64,000 nt of DNA, taken from the NCBI GenBank assembly GCA_964016885.1, contig OZ024743.1, positions 334,800,001 to 334,864,000 on the forward strand, written 5' to 3'. This stretch comes from Eledone cirrhosa (lineage: Eukaryota). The notes below the pieces were generated by a model. The model saw only the letters and a program-made list of their open reading frames with translations, was not told where the DNA came from and did not search any database. A program made the translations under genes and the position numbers. Every line of letters begins with the position of its first letter. Positions within the stretch are counted from its first letter, which is position 1. Below, piece after piece: positions 11,597 to 26,191 of this stretch.

Positions 11597-12395
11597 CCAA
11601 AATTAAGATAAATTAAATGAATTTAATCTAAATCAAAATTATGGGTGTCATGCCAGAACGGCATGCGCCATATCACCCGGAAAAATAAGCTCAAAGATTC
11701 TATCGAGTAGGTCCGAGCATTTTATAATAACTAGAAATTGATTAACATATATATAAACATGAATAATCACAGGAGATAATTTTTACAAGCTTGTAACCAC
11801 ACATAGCTAGGTAGGTAACTAAATAAAGTTGACTAGAACTTCAAAAATAGATACCTTATAATATGATTAATCTTCCCTGTATATATTCCATTAAAGAAAA
11901 ATATTTCACCAATTAATCAGATGGTAAATCACGGAAGTGGATATTTTTGGATTTTCAACAAGGAAGAAAAATTTCAAGCAATCCATGTTTACACTACGAG
12001 TTCAAATCTGCAACTGGCTACTACCACGTGTTGAATTTACACATCATAGCAGCTTCGTCTCAATGGCGTGAATAGGGTTATCGACAACTAGAAACAGCAG
12101 CCGATTCCTTTCAACAGAGTTAGCTCTACAATTAAGGAGCCGTATTTATATATCTATATCCAAAATTAAGATAAATTAAATGAATTTAATCTAAATCAAA
12201 ATTATGGGTGTCATGCCAGAACGGCATGCGCCATATAACCCGGAAAAATAAGCTCAAAGATTCTATCGAGTAGGTCCGAGCATTTTATAATAACTAGAAA
12301 GTGATTAACATATATATAAACATGAATAATCACAGGAGATAATTATCTCCTGTGATTATTCATGTTTATATATATGTTAATCAATTTCTAGTTAT

Positions 12396-12400
<5 letters not shown>
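11590..12400. repeat. ~190-bp direct duplication (11590-11780 / 12150-12345) ending in a palindrome (12290-12400)
   Basis: Near-identical sequence; hairpin centred at ~12342. Confidence 0.8.
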
Positions 12401-12429
<29 letters not shown>

Positions 12430-12489
12430 TATATATATATATATACACACATATATATATATATGTATATATATATATTTATTTATTTA

Positions 12490-12860
12490 TAAGTTATTAC
12501 AGGTTGAATCGGGGGTAACCAAATTAAGTAAGGTACTCAATACATAGCAGAGTATAAATGTTTTAATATAGAAAAGCTTCTACAGGACTAGAACTGTTTC
12601 ATTGGTAAGAAATCATCAGGAAGCCCTGATGATTTCTCACGAATGAAACAGTTCTAGTCCTGTAGAAGCGTTTCTGTATTAAATATATATATATATACAT
12701 ATAGTACGTTATTCCGGGTTGAATCGGAGGTAACCACAGTAAGTAAGGTACTCAATACATTGCAGAGTATAAAAGTTTTAATATAGATGAGATTCTACAG
12801 GACTAGAACTGTTACATTCTTTAGAAATCATCAGAAAAGTTCTAGTCCTGTAGAATCTCA

Positions 12861-12865
<5 letters not shown>
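12490..12865. mobile_element. Two fold-back PLE termini with hammerhead-like cores
   Basis: Palindromes at 12560-12685 and 12780-12865; CTGATGA..GAAACAGTTCTAGTC occurs on both strands. Confidence 0.55.
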
Positions 12866-12949
<84 letters not shown>

Positions 12950-13149
12950 TATATATATATATTTAAAAGAGTCGAAGCCAGTGCTGAAACATATGTACAA
13001 ACTTTGTTTGCATTTTGTAATTGTTCGATATCGATCAGCTCAGGGTACAATGAATGTAATGGGTCCCGACTCTGTTTCGACATCTCGTCAGATATGCGTG
13101 CTTATATGTGAAATGACACATCTAAATTGTTGACAGAGACTCTGAGATC

Positions 13150-13660
13150 CATTTATATACACTTATTATAAACCATCAAACGAGCCTGGTTGTAATCTCC
13201 TGGGACCGAGAAGTGGAACTGGGGAGAAAGCCAGTCACCAAGATTAAGAAAGAAGAGCTTTATGGACTCGTCATAGTCCTCTCCTGAATGATCTCCAGAA
13301 AGCAATACACTCAGTGGATATTCAACCGTCTCCTTCCTCTTTTGCTTACAAAAATATTCCATGGGCTCTATATAGCCCAGCATAGTTTGCTAATGAGATT
13401 TATATATAAACAGTGGGAAACTGGGACCAGATAAAGGGTAAACAATCTCAAAGACTGGCTTGAAAACCAGTTCAAGAATGTGATGGCAGCAAGTCAGCCA
13501 CAATATGGGCTTTTTCAGAGCTGCGTCAATTTTCGTATTGTCTCCTTGGTGCATGCTGGTGTTACTGCTAGTGGTGTTGAAGGACAAACCAATTATTCTA
13601 TCCTCAATTTTGAGTTGTTGAATTTCCTGTAAATAAACCGGGTGGTCTAGGGGTGACAAT
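13150..13660 (-). mobile_element. hAT-superfamily (hATm-like) transposase fragment
   Basis: LSFNTTSSNT..ILWLTCCHHILEL (cf. FDTTxSNTG..WLACRHH) and EDYDE..LG..F..PG..ARLM; frameshifted. Confidence 0.7.
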
Positions 13661-13827
13661 TTGATGGAAAAGGGTAGAATAAAGGCTAAATTAACTAGGA
13701 GTTATAACAGGGCCAGAAAAAATCGATAGATTAAGAAAGATATGCATCAATATTAAGGCGGCAAGTTCTTTAAAAGGTCTTAGAATCGTGAGAACACACA
13801 CATACACACACATACATATATATATGT

Positions 13828-13872
<45 letters not shown>

Positions 13873-14893
13873 TCTGAAATATTAGTTGGAGTGAAAATAC
13901 CTGAGCCAAAGAATATACGTATTTTGAAAAAAAACACTTTTTTTCTCTGCGCAAATAAAGCTAAATAAAACGAGACACTAATAAGGAGGTGTGAAATGTC
14001 AGGAATGTAAGGATATTAAATAAATAAATATAGAAAGCTCAAAGAACATTTATATTTTGTATCTTAAAGAATGTATATTTTGTATGTTAAAGAATGGCAG
14101 AATTTATTTAAATAAACAGATTATGTTGTGCTGAAATGAAAATAATCTTTGAAAATTAAATTTAATACTAAAAAACAACAACAACACTAACATTATAATT
14201 CAAATAAGTAAATATCCCAGATTGACTAATGCAGATAAAGAAAATATACCAATTATATTTTCATCTAAAATGATTTCCAGAACTAGTTAATGAAATTATG
14301 TATAAAACGCTGGCATGTCTGATGGATTACAAAGTTCGCATTGCAACCAGGGGTTCCAAAATTTGCCATTTCGACAAACATAGTCTGATCGAATAGATAC
14401 CAGACTTAAAAAATATAAAATGGTTTCGATATGGTTGACTAAACCCATGTATGGCTGCAGTCCAGTGGTCACGGTGTTGTTTCGGCATTTCAAGCCTGGC
14501 AGAGCCTATCCCTCTCGAGGCCTGAGTATAGCAGATTTCTTTCAGCGAATGATCGAATGAGAGATGAAGGAAGTGGGTAAAAGATGTAGAGGAAACATCG
14601 ACCGCAGTACTAGATTAGTACTTTTTTATCTCGAAAGAATGAAAGGCAAATTTCTAACGACTCGACTCTGATAATTCGCCGCCTGTGAAGGCAGGAAAGA
14701 TATATATATATGTTTTTCTATCAAAATCGAACTCAGTGCTCAAATCTTGTCCCCTGTCAGCAAATGAAAAAATGCATCCTTTGAAAGTCAGCCAAAAAGG
14801 TAAAACGATTGAAATGTCTTTAAACAAGTCCCCTGTATTGAAACTGATCGCTCTTAAAGACAGCACACCAATTGACAGAAGAAAATACAAAGA

Positions 14894-14935
<42 letters not shown>

Positions 14936-15256
14936 CATTCTCTCTATCATCACAGGATAAATCATTAAAGTAAAGACAAAAGAAATAATAAATCACACAT
15001 CATAAACCTACTATTAACATACATATAGTAAATATACAAACTATAAATGACAAGATTTTATAGTTCACTTGAAAATAAGAAGACAGTAAAATACTAGTTG
15101 TTCGTAAGAAAAGAAAAAAAAACAATGAAAAGTAATTAACTGGTTTACTCTTGGACTAAAGATTGTTATCGTTAACAGATACTGAAATGAGGTGATGGAC
15201 AGAGAAAATAAACGTCTGTTAAAAATGAAGAGATGTCTACACACAGACACATATAC

Positions 15257-15382
<126 letters not shown>

Positions 15383-15426
15383 TATATGTGCGTGTGTATA
15401 TTTATGCATGTAAATATATATATATA

Positions 15427-15471
<45 letters not shown>

Positions 15472-16259
15472 TTATATATATATGTGTGTGTGTACATTAC
15501 TCAATATAGACTATTCTATTTTCACAGTAAAAGCTTTATCTCATATAGTATCTAACATAATATCAAATCTATGGGATTTTGATATTATTTATTTTGAGAA
15601 CAATACCTTAACATCTGTATGAGTGGCCAGTTAAAGCCAGTTTGAACAGAAAGAATTGAGAGAATTTTGGCCGGATATGGCCGGTTTAAATGCTAAAGGG
15701 TTTAAACTATCAAATGGAATAACAAAACGAGATTGTCAGGGACTAGAAACAACGTAGGTTTTAACTATGATAACCCATCTCTCATATCTTACATAAACTT
15801 GTAAATGGAAATATATATGCATAAGCATGTATACACAATATTTGATTTTCTTGCATCCAACCATTCTATGAAGTGGGTTTTTATTTCATTTCCCATGGTG
15901 TCAATAAAACGAATCTCTTCACCATATAGGCTTCATGGGGTTCACGGCTTTTCCAGCGATAGCACGTCCAGACACCAGGTGGTGAAGGCTTACTTGATAC
16001 AGGTAACGCCCAGGAGCGACATGACGTAAAGATAGACGGTGCCATGGGATGATGGAATCCCAGAACCGCCGTCGACATTACAGCTATCGATGTTCACTGC
16101 GCTAAATTTGGTATAAGTTTTCACGAAGAGCTGTGTTCTTCACCGATGGATGTGCTGATTGATACCTTGATCAGATATACATACACGTATACATCCATCC
16201 ATACACACATAGGCTCCCTTCAGAAATCCTCTCTCTATATATATATACATGTGTGTGTA

Positions 16260-16320
<61 letters not shown>

Positions 16321-16352
16321 ACATAGATGTATACAAACATACACTATACAAA

Positions 16353-16442
<90 letters not shown>

Positions 16443-16758
16443 CAGAAATGCAAAAGAGAGACCAAGATAGACAAGGAGGGAGGGTGCGAAGTAGTGTGAG
16501 AGAGCGATTCGGATTGAGAACTAAACACATAGATCCTATTTCCAAATATAGTTAGAAAAACAGATCGATAGACATGCAGATATATCGATTAATAAGTGTA
16601 TTAGTAAAGTGAGAACTAAGATAATGCGGCACGGTTTGATGAGTAGAACAAATCTTTCCCCATTCATTTAATATGGTTGCCATTGATATAAATCAAATGG
16701 TATATGATATGAACAAATATACTCGCTGAGTTTTGATTTTGTATGTAAGTGTATGTGG

Positions 16759-16832
<74 letters not shown>

Positions 16833-17544
16833 GTAAGTTATAAGAATCAAAGATGTGTTCAAAACATTTATATGCTTACAATTGTTTCCTCCAAACCGAG
16901 GTTTGGTTTCTTTGGACCAATTTATTAATGAATGAACACTTATATGACCTCCTTTTCAACCCAAGAGACATACAGATACATATGCAAACATTGTTGCTTG
17001 GTGGGTCGACATCCATTACAGCATTTAGTGTGGCAGTATACATTTAGAGATTACATTCATATTAAAAGAGGACAAAATCAAAAATACAGGTTAAAATACA
17101 ACATGAAATTAATGCGATAGGATAGTCATAAGCAGTTATTGAGTGCAATAGTTACACGTGTGGAAAGCACGTGCGTCTTGTTTATATAATGCTATAGTGT
17201 GGCAGAGTGTTACATGTAATATAAGCACTTAAACGGGTGATCAAGAGTGTTAAGGGGGTCGAACTGGTAATGAATCCATTATATGAATGTTATAGCCTGT
17301 GCGTGGAGAAATAATTCGATGTCGATTCTCGCAACTTAACAACCTGCTTTATTGAGCTAAAGACCAACAAACTACGATTCTCTAACAGGATCGTCAAACG
17401 CCCAATATCGAATCGTCGTGGATTATGTGAGGGGCATATAATCTGAATAATACTCTCCCCGGACTGTAAAAATGGTGCTGTGCATGAAATCCATATCATC
17501 GCTTTGCCACGCATTTCCAATATTTTTAATGCTTATATTATTTC

Positions 17545-18092
17545 TCCAAACAACTGACCTAAGAGAAGTATAAATAAATAGATAAATAAATAAATAAATA
17601 AATACATACACAAGCACAATAACAACAAACACATATAAACACACACTAGTAAACATAGAACACATTAACCAATACACAGTCACCCAATCACGAACACACA
17701 TCAAACAAAACACTATACACATACGCAAACGCATGCGCAAAGAAGACAAAATAAAATAAACAAACAAACAAATAAATAAATAAATATATAAACAGATTAA
17801 ATAAAGGTGGCGTAGAAATACAATGCAACGGGAGGATTCTATAGCACCACTGACGATGTTGCAGATGTGCAACGAAAGAACTTTGATAAACTATATATAT
17901 GTGTTTGTGTCTATATTGTATCTGTATTATTTTTGACCGTTGGTCAGTCAATGGCAACATTGAGGACCGCATACATTTGATTACCGATATAAAAGACACA
18001 GAAGCGAAAAGCGAAAACCAACCAAAAAGTGAGTGTGTTCTGTTATTAATTCTGGCAATATTACACAAATATGACCCTCCCCAAGTATAACA
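17545..18092 (+). mobile_element. PLE 3' terminal region (second family)
   Basis: Homologous to 41910-42430 (-) and 63250-63562; ends atgaccctccccaagtataacaat(at)n. Confidence 0.75.
17846..17887 (+). ncRNA. Hammerhead ribozyme-like motif
   Basis: CUGACGA-U-GUUGCA/UGCAAC-GAAA-GAAC-UU-UG. Stem II differs in sequence from the 7565 motif yet still pairs. Confidence 0.6.
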
Positions 18093-18105
18093 ATATATAT
18101 ATAAA

Positions 18106-18221
<116 letters not shown>

Positions 18222-18255
18222 GTATTGGCAGCATGCCCCTCCCAAAATATAACAA

Positions 18256-18395
<140 letters not shown>

Positions 18396-18623
18396 CTTAT
18401 TTTATATATATCTATTATGTGTCTGTGTATGTATATATCTTCTTTGAAGGTATTCATAATTCTAGAAAAATATAAAATCCTGCTATGGACGCTGTCCAAT
18501 TATACTTCCCACATGCTCCTTTGTTACATTTAGTCATGATTGTCATCTTGGCCATTATCCATTGTAACATATATATATCTGTGCATATACATGTGTGTGT
18601 GTGTTTATATATTTATAAATATT

Positions 18624-18659
<36 letters not shown>

Positions 18660-18665
<6 letters not shown>

Positions 18666-19280
18666 GAGGGATCAGATGTTGTTTACTCGAGAGAAGGCTA
18701 CGTTGGTATGGTCACGTGATGCGCATGAAAGACGATAGCTGTATAACAAAGTGCAGGGCAATAAAGATATACGGTAGCCACCGAATAGGCAGACCCAGAA
18801 AAACCTGGGACGAGCTGATAAATTCCGACCTCACACACTTACACCTCTCCAAGACAATGTCACTGGACCGAGACCTTTGGCGGTACTCAGTAATAGAGAA
18901 GACCCGCCTTACCTAAATACAAAGTAAAACCTACTACAGTCAGTAGGCATCTCTAACAAAATACACCCCCGACCCACCCACCCCACCCCATCCACACCGC
19001 ACCTTTCAATGTAAAGTTATGTTGGTGCCACAACATCCAGGCCGAAACAAATGAGATCGTGTAGGTGTCACGACAAAAAAACACACAGTCCACGCTGTAA
19101 TGTGGCCGTGTAGGCAACACGGTAAAAACCTCCCATCCCCACACTGAAAATGTGGTTGGTGTTAGGAAGGGCATCCAGCTGTAGAAAACCCGCCAGACAG
19201 TCCTATGCGAGCAAGACAATCACTCTTGCCTCAAGTGGGAAAACTCCCGTCCAAACCCATGCAAGCGTGAAACACGGACG
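18660..19280 (+). mobile_element. RTE-clade LINE 3' end
   Basis: RRLRWYGHVMRM..GRPRKTW..DRDLWR; 3' UTR ends ggacgttaaacgttaatgatgatga. Confidence 0.85.
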
Positions 19281-19423
19281 TTAAACGTTAATGATGATGA
19301 TATATGTGTGTGTATTATATATATATATGATTCAATTTAGAAAACTACGTTGATCAGTTAATCCATAGACTTTGGTCGTAAACTGAAGGAAAGCACTCTA
19401 CGTCGTTGTAGAAATGTTAAAAG

Positions 19424-19710
<287 letters not shown>

Positions 19711-19884
19711 TATATATATATATATATTCTTCCATTAACATTAAAGGGATCTGGGTAGCCGCGGATTACAGAGTCAGGTAAGATCGATGCAGATAGAACC
19801 TTGAGCTGGTCAGTGGCGAAACGCGCGTTACCAACAATAAACGTAATGAAGGAGTAACCAATCGTCCTTGTTATCTTATTTAAC

Positions 19885-20048
19885 TATAATTGTTTCTACT
19901 TTTGGCACAAGGCCAGCAATTCACCAGTGCATTACTGGTACTTTATGTTATCGACCGGCGGGATTTGAACTCAGAATGGCAAAGGCCGTAACTCTATGCG
20001 TCAAAGCATGGCGTTCCGCCCTCTACCGATACTGCCAATCCACCGTCT
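19885..20048 (-). mobile_element. tRNA-derived SINE
   Basis: A-box TGGCAGTATCGG and B-box GTTCAAATCC on the minus strand; homologous to 38793-38980. Confidence 0.75.
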
Positions 20049-20426
20049 TATTTAACTATGATACACTCTGTATAGCTGTACACCTCGACACTGAAGTGAA
20101 CCTAAATATCGAGTGCTCAACCAGGTGAACCTACATTAACTCCAAGTTACACTCCCTGGATATATATATTTATATTCAGATTGGAATAATTACATTTCAA
20201 ATTCGTTATATATATCTATATCTATATTAATATATATATAGAGTAGGAGATATGTAGTAACATCTCAATAATTATTTTAAAAAAACGATATATTGTGGTA
20301 GAAAAATACGAAGGCCACATGATGACAAATGAAACAACTCAAAAGAAAGTAATGTTTTACCCAGTGTATTTTAGCCATGATATTTCGGGTCTATCACCTC
20401 CTTTTCACAGGTGAAGCTGAAATATT

Positions 20427-20725
20427 GACGATGTTTTGAGAGTCTTGGAAGAGGGCTCCAACACTGATGTCATCTACCTTGATTTCAGCAAGGCCTTTGA
20501 TAGGGTTGATCATTAGATTCTACTGAAAACACTATCCAATATTGGTGTCTCTGGAAAGTTACTACAGTGGATCAAATGTTTCCTGACAGACAGAACCCAA
20601 CATGTTGTAGTCGAAGGAGTAAAATCAAGCCTTGCCAAAGTCAGCAATGGCGTCCCACAAGGCACTGTGTTGGGCCCACTTCTTTTCACCATCTAAATTA
20701 TCGACATTACTGACATAATCATGCA
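20427..20725 (+). mobile_element. CR1/L2-group LINE reverse transcriptase fragment
   Basis: DVIYLDFSKAFDRVDH*..QWIKCFLTDRTQHV..GVPQGTVLGPLLF, with stops. Confidence 0.9.
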
Positions 20726-21172
20726 CAGTGTTCTGGATAACCAAAGATGTGGGTTCGACTCCCATGTACATCAATACTCATCTTTTTCCATTTATCTGAG
20801 GGTTCTAAACCCTATTATCAGGCTAAAATTTCTTTAGTCAAAAATACGGTGAAAGCTATTCTATTTTTATATATTTATATATGTATATATATGGTGGGCG
20901 CACAGGCATTAGGATGCGTGTTTTCCTGCCAGTGACATATCAAATATATCGATTTTTGATCTGAGGAAACCGTTCTCATAAGCAACAGCAAATGCATGAA
21001 GGACATCTCGATTGCATGGAGAAGCGTGGAAATAATTATTATGATTAAACGATATATGTAACCTCAGCATCTTATTTTGTTATTTTTATAAAATTCTCCA
21101 ACGTAACTAAAAACAACGTTGTTGAGAGCTTTCTCCTGCTTACTCCTGTTTTTACCAAAACCATCTTTTCCG

Positions 21173-21242
<70 letters not shown>

Positions 21243-21265
21243 AACGCACATATACACACACAGAC

Positions 21266-21347
<82 letters not shown>

Positions 21348-21356
21348 TTAAGGATA

Positions 21357-22192
21357 CTATTTATGGTTATGCAAATACAAAAACCTTCAGACAACTCCCA
21401 AATAAAGTTAAGCTCAACTACACCACTAGAAATAGCAGACTGCCCACTTTCAACCACCTCATCAAGACCCACAAGAATAGTACTAAGACACAAATAAGAC
21501 CCATCGTCTCTAGCATAGAAGGAACCCTATACAAAATTTCCTGGCTCCTCTCCCAGGTCCTCAAGCCTCTACTCTCCACCTTTCCCGGGCATGTCAGTAG
21601 CCCCGACGAAGTTATACGTAGACTTCACCAATTCCAGCCAGAACAACTTAAACTAAATAGATACGCATTTAGCCTCGACGTTGTCTCCCTCTACACTACA
21701 GTCCCCGCTCATCCAGCTGTCGATTTATTGACGGACTGCGTGGTCGTAGAGGACATCCACTGCTACGGCCTCCATCCAACGGACATACACCAGCTTTTGT
21801 CCTTCACAGTAGACAACACGTACTTCACCTTCCACCACCACACATACAGACAGACAACAGGATTACCCATGGGATCCAGCCTATCGCGCCTGCTGGCCAT
21901 CACCTATATGAACCAACTAGAATGCCGAGCCCTCAACACCTGCCATTCCCCTACCTTCTTCACCCGATATGTAGATGATATACTCATCCTTACATCACCC
22001 CATGAGGAGGCAGATAAAATATACACAACATTCTCCAGCATGAACGCCAGTATACAGTTCAGCATGGAACACCCCGATGACCGCGGATCCCTATCCCTAC
22101 TGGACTTCCAACTCAGGGTAACAGAGGAAGGCAACATCCACACCTGCTTCTATAAAAAAAAGCCGCCAGCAGGGACCTGTTCGTACATTTAA
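21357..22192 (+). CDS. PLE reverse transcriptase domain (partial)
   Basis: Non-microsatellite part of ORF 21119-22192, with intact YVDD. Confidence 0.85.
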
Positions 22193-22544
22193 GGAACGAA
22201 CTAACACGTATCCGGAACAAATACACCGACGCTAGAGACCGAGACACACACACCACACATTTCCTGGAAGTACTCAAACTGAACGGATACACGACATCCA
22301 CCACAAACCGTGCCAGAAAGAACAGAGGACATCACACCCGAGGCACTAACACTTGCTTCCTGAAGCTCCCACACTTCAGTGAAGAAACAACAACAGCCAT
22401 CCGCAGAGCTATCAGACGAGAGGGACTAGATATCCAACTGGCCCACTCAGGTCCTTCTCTACGCGGACAGCTAACCAAAAGACACTCCACCAGACATGAC
22501 AACTGCTGCAGACTAGCCAACTTCCCCATCAACGACACAGACCT

Positions 22545-22838
22545 ATGCCACCAGGCTTACGTCGTATCAGACTAGAGTGTGACAAATGCAGCAACTTCTA
22601 CGTAGGTAGCACCACCAGACCACACCACATAAGAATAAAAGAACACCTCAATACTAACGCTTCCTCATTTAAGAAGCACCTAGTTAAATGCAAAAACACC
22701 GACAAAACCATAACAGTTAGCATAGAAACTAAGGAAAGAAACCTCCGCAATCTTAGAATTAAGGAAGCATTAATTATAGACAAAACACAACCACCAATCA
22801 ATAATAGACTAGAACTCAACACCCAATTTATAACTTGA
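22545..22838 (+). CDS. PLE GIY-YIG endonuclease (partial)
   Basis: FYVGSTTR..RIKEH..E..IN motifs. Confidence 0.8.
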   Translation: MPPGLRRIRLECDKCSNFYVGSTTRPHHIRIKEHLNTNASSFKKHLVKCKNTDKTITVSIETKERNLRNLRIKEALIIDKTQPPINNRLELNTQFIT

Positions 22839-23241
22839 TAGAGCTTCTAGCCCCATATTTACACCCCCACACACACGCACACACACACGCACACACACAT
22901 GCACGCACACACACACACACGCTTACACCTCCACTTATTCTCTCTCACACACAAACATAACACAAAAAGACCAGTTCTAACACGAGATAACATCTATCCC
23001 CCACATTTATGTATAGACATATCTTCGCACACTCACACCCACACACTCACATACTTACACCTTCATGTATTCTCCCACACACTTAAACAGGCATGTACAA
23101 AAAAACCCCTTTTAAACGGAGACTACTCGTTATCCACCTAACCTTAACTCTTTGACATTAGAGATCGAACAGATACTCTATACCATTTCCTGTCAGCATG
23201 ACTTGGCAAGCTATTTAGAACACTGGTTTAACCGCTTTACT

Positions 23242-23279
23242 TCCCTCCGAAGAAGAGATATTATCTCGAAAATTAAGGA
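23242..23279 (+). ncRNA. Degenerate minimal hammerhead
   Basis: CCU-CCGAAGA-A-GAGAUA/UAUCUC-GAAA-AU-UA-AGG; core U4>C, palindromic AAUU stem III. Confidence 0.5.
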
Positions 23280-23423
23280 CATTTAAATAAATCTAAGGTA
23301 AAAGACTAATTGTCAACAATATCTTTTGCATTTGCATACTTTATTCTATGTCCATACCTGCATTGTTTTGGCTTTATTATACATATACAAACGTTTATAA
23401 ATATATATATATATATATAAATA

Positions 23424-23469
<46 letters not shown>

Positions 23470-23719
23470 ATATATATATATATATATATAGTTAAAAGAA
23501 TAGAGGTGTAACACACAAGTTATTATATATTGGTAAACGGAATAGAAAATGGTGACAAATTGTTCACAGTTGAAAAATGGTTTAATTAGGAATAAAAGAG
23601 TATTAGTAATTGTATGGGTTAGTATTCAGTTGTGGTTTTAAGTTTTTAAGTTTTTACCGGTTGCGCATTTCTAAATGCTTTTCAAAAATAATTTTGAGAT
23701 AGAGTGTCCGTGTTGTTTG

Positions 23720-23791
<72 letters not shown>

Positions 23792-23849
23792 CTCAATATA
23801 TTAATATATGGAAACTATATTTATTAAACCATAATTATTTTATTATATA

Positions 23850-24491
23850 CTAGCAGATGTACACGGCGTTGCTCGGGAAATGAATGACAGCCTGTTTGTC
23901 TGTATAAAGAGAGCCAAAGGTTGAGCAAAGAATTGAAATGTAATTGTAAAAAATAGTTTAACAAAATGGGTGTACAGTGACATGATCAAGTGAAATAAAT
24001 GGCAACATAAAAACAATTCATGGGGTAGCTTGAGTTAATTGACATGAATGATTTCAGGTCCGGCCTTGCTGTATAGTAGATATGAGTAAGGGGATAAAGA
24101 TGGAATAGACGCACCGTATGTCCTTCAGTAGACTAAACCCTATGCGCAAGATGGTGCTGCCACTACCACGTTGACCATCCACTGGACATAGAAATATCAT
24201 TCCTTGAAGCAAATCGGCCTAGTACTTCAAAAGTTAAAAGGAGCCTAGGATTTGTACACAGACAGATACACACACAAAATCGATTTTTCGGCCCCAATAT
24301 CGTTTTTGTTTTTGTACGAAACCAATATCGTGTTTGCTTTTGTCCAAAACCTGCTCTGGCATATAAGCAACATGTGTGCCAAATTTGGTTGAAATCGGCC
24401 TAGTACTTCAAAAGTTAAAAGGAGCCTAGTATTTGTACACAGACAGACACACAGACACACACACACACCGACTTGCTTTTATGTATATAGA
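23850..24491 (-). mobile_element. Non-autonomous Helitron
   Basis: Minus strand starts A|TC (tctatatacataaaa) and ends ..cccgagcaacgccgtgtacatctgCTAG|T. No TSD; ~65-bp internal duplication (24211/24393). Confidence 0.8.
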
Positions 24492-24604
24492 TATTTCAAG
24501 GGCAACCAAAGACAAACTTAACGGTTGAAGCTATCAAGTAAGCTTCACCCGTTAAGGTTGTCTTTTTTCCGGGTATGTCAATATTTATTTATAAAACAAA
24601 TCCG

Positions 24605-24670
24605 TATTTTATCTGATGAAAGCGCACCATAATTTGCCTTGGTTGCTCTTGAAATATATATAATAAAATA
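24605..24670 (+). ncRNA. Minimal type-I hammerhead ribozyme
   Basis: UAUUUUAU-CUGAUGA-stem II-GAAA-UAUAUA-UA-AUAAAAUA; 8-bp stem I. Confidence 0.8.
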
Positions 24671-24883
24671 ATTATGGTTTTATAAATATCGTTTCCATTT
24701 ATTAATATATTGAATATTTACTCCACTACATTGTTGAGTGCTTTATATCAGTTATAAACATTTTAAAGCTTGTTGAATCCCAACAAATTAAATATAACCT
24801 CGCACCTCGAGCTGTTCGCCGGAGAAACAATTGTAATACGTAATAAACTTGTGTTCCGCTGCATCACTGATTCTTTGTTTTCC

Positions 24884-24933
<50 letters not shown>

Positions 24934-25019
24934 AGGATCGGAATTAAGAGTATTCCGCAGTTCACAGTAATAATAATAATATTAGCTCAAAGAAGAATAG
25001 AGAATATTCTTCCGAGCTC

Positions 25020-25172
25020 AAATGCAAATATATTATACAAAGAGAAGTGTGTTACACAGTGAGATGTGTGTGAATAATTATTACAAGTGAGTTTTACCGT
25101 AATAATTCACACTCGTAATAATTCTTTACACACATCTCACTGTGTAACACACTTCTCTTTGTGTAATATATT

Positions 25173-25180
<8 letters not shown>
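25020..25180. repeat. Fold-back inverted repeat
   Basis: caaagagaagtgtgttacacagtgagatgtgtg and its reverse complement. Confidence 0.75.
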
Positions 25181-25212
<32 letters not shown>

Positions 25213-25284
25213 CATACGTATATACATATATATATATAATGCGAGTGTGTGTGTGAGGGAGAGGGAGAGAGAGATAGAGAGAGG

Positions 25285-25341
<57 letters not shown>

Positions 25342-25620
25342 TAGTTAATATGAAGGATGTAGTAAAATATCAATAATTATTTTTAAAACACGATACAATG
25401 TGATAGAAATATACGAAGGCTAGATGATGACAAATGAAACAAATCGAAACAAAGTAATGTTTTACCCAGTGTATTTTAGCCATGATATTTCGGGTCTCCA
25501 CCTCCTTTTCACAGGCGAAGCTGAAACAGTCTAAGACAAAATCAAATAAAACGAGCGATCGAAGTTTTCTTCTGTAAATTTCATCACCGCATTGTACCGG
25601 TTTAAAAAAATTATGTCTTT

Positions 25621-25681
<61 letters not shown>

Positions 25682-25682
<1 letters not shown>

Positions 25683-25840
25683 AAGGCGGGTAAAATTTCC
25701 GAGAACCATGGACGAGTTCTGTCCAGCAGTCTCTGTCCCTCATTATCGCTGCCATGTCCTGCGTCTCCAACAGACCAGTGTCTGTCCTTAGGGCATCAAC
25801 ATACGTTAACCTTGGCCTTCCTCTTCTAGGGGCTCCCTAT
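25682..25840 (-). mobile_element. RTE/RTEX LINE 3' end fragment
   Basis: Homologous to 63666-63830. Confidence 0.7.
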
Positions 25841-26077
25841 TATAATATAACAGGAGGCTGGACTGGTGAACCCGGTCATTGAAATGATCATAGTATAATA
25901 AACCTTTTAAGGAATTACACCAGTCTAGCCTCCTCTTATTTTATAATAATTAACTCCGTACTCGCACCACCAACTACACAAACGAAGACGGGTGAGCTGC
26001 ATTACGTTGAGTGCTCTCCATAATATTACATCGAGGTTGACCATACGGAATGACCAGCTCTATCCAGTGGTAAACCA

Positions 26078-26191
<114 letters not shown>

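Larger units (their letters stand above)
21345..23395 (+). mobile_element. Penelope-like retroelement (RT + GIY-YIG + 3' region), 5'-truncated
   Basis: [40 protein letters not shown]; then CDKCSNFYVGSTTR..RIKEH..KEALII..PPIN. Frameshifts near 22160 and 22560. Confidence 0.92.

Noticed and set aside
14740-14890. Possible enhancer (TGACAG-like sites)
   Set aside because: Short motifs are expected by chance; no comparative data available.
15930-16170. GC-richer segment as a possible host exon
   Set aside because: Stops in all frames examined, no recognisable domain and no convincing splice pair.
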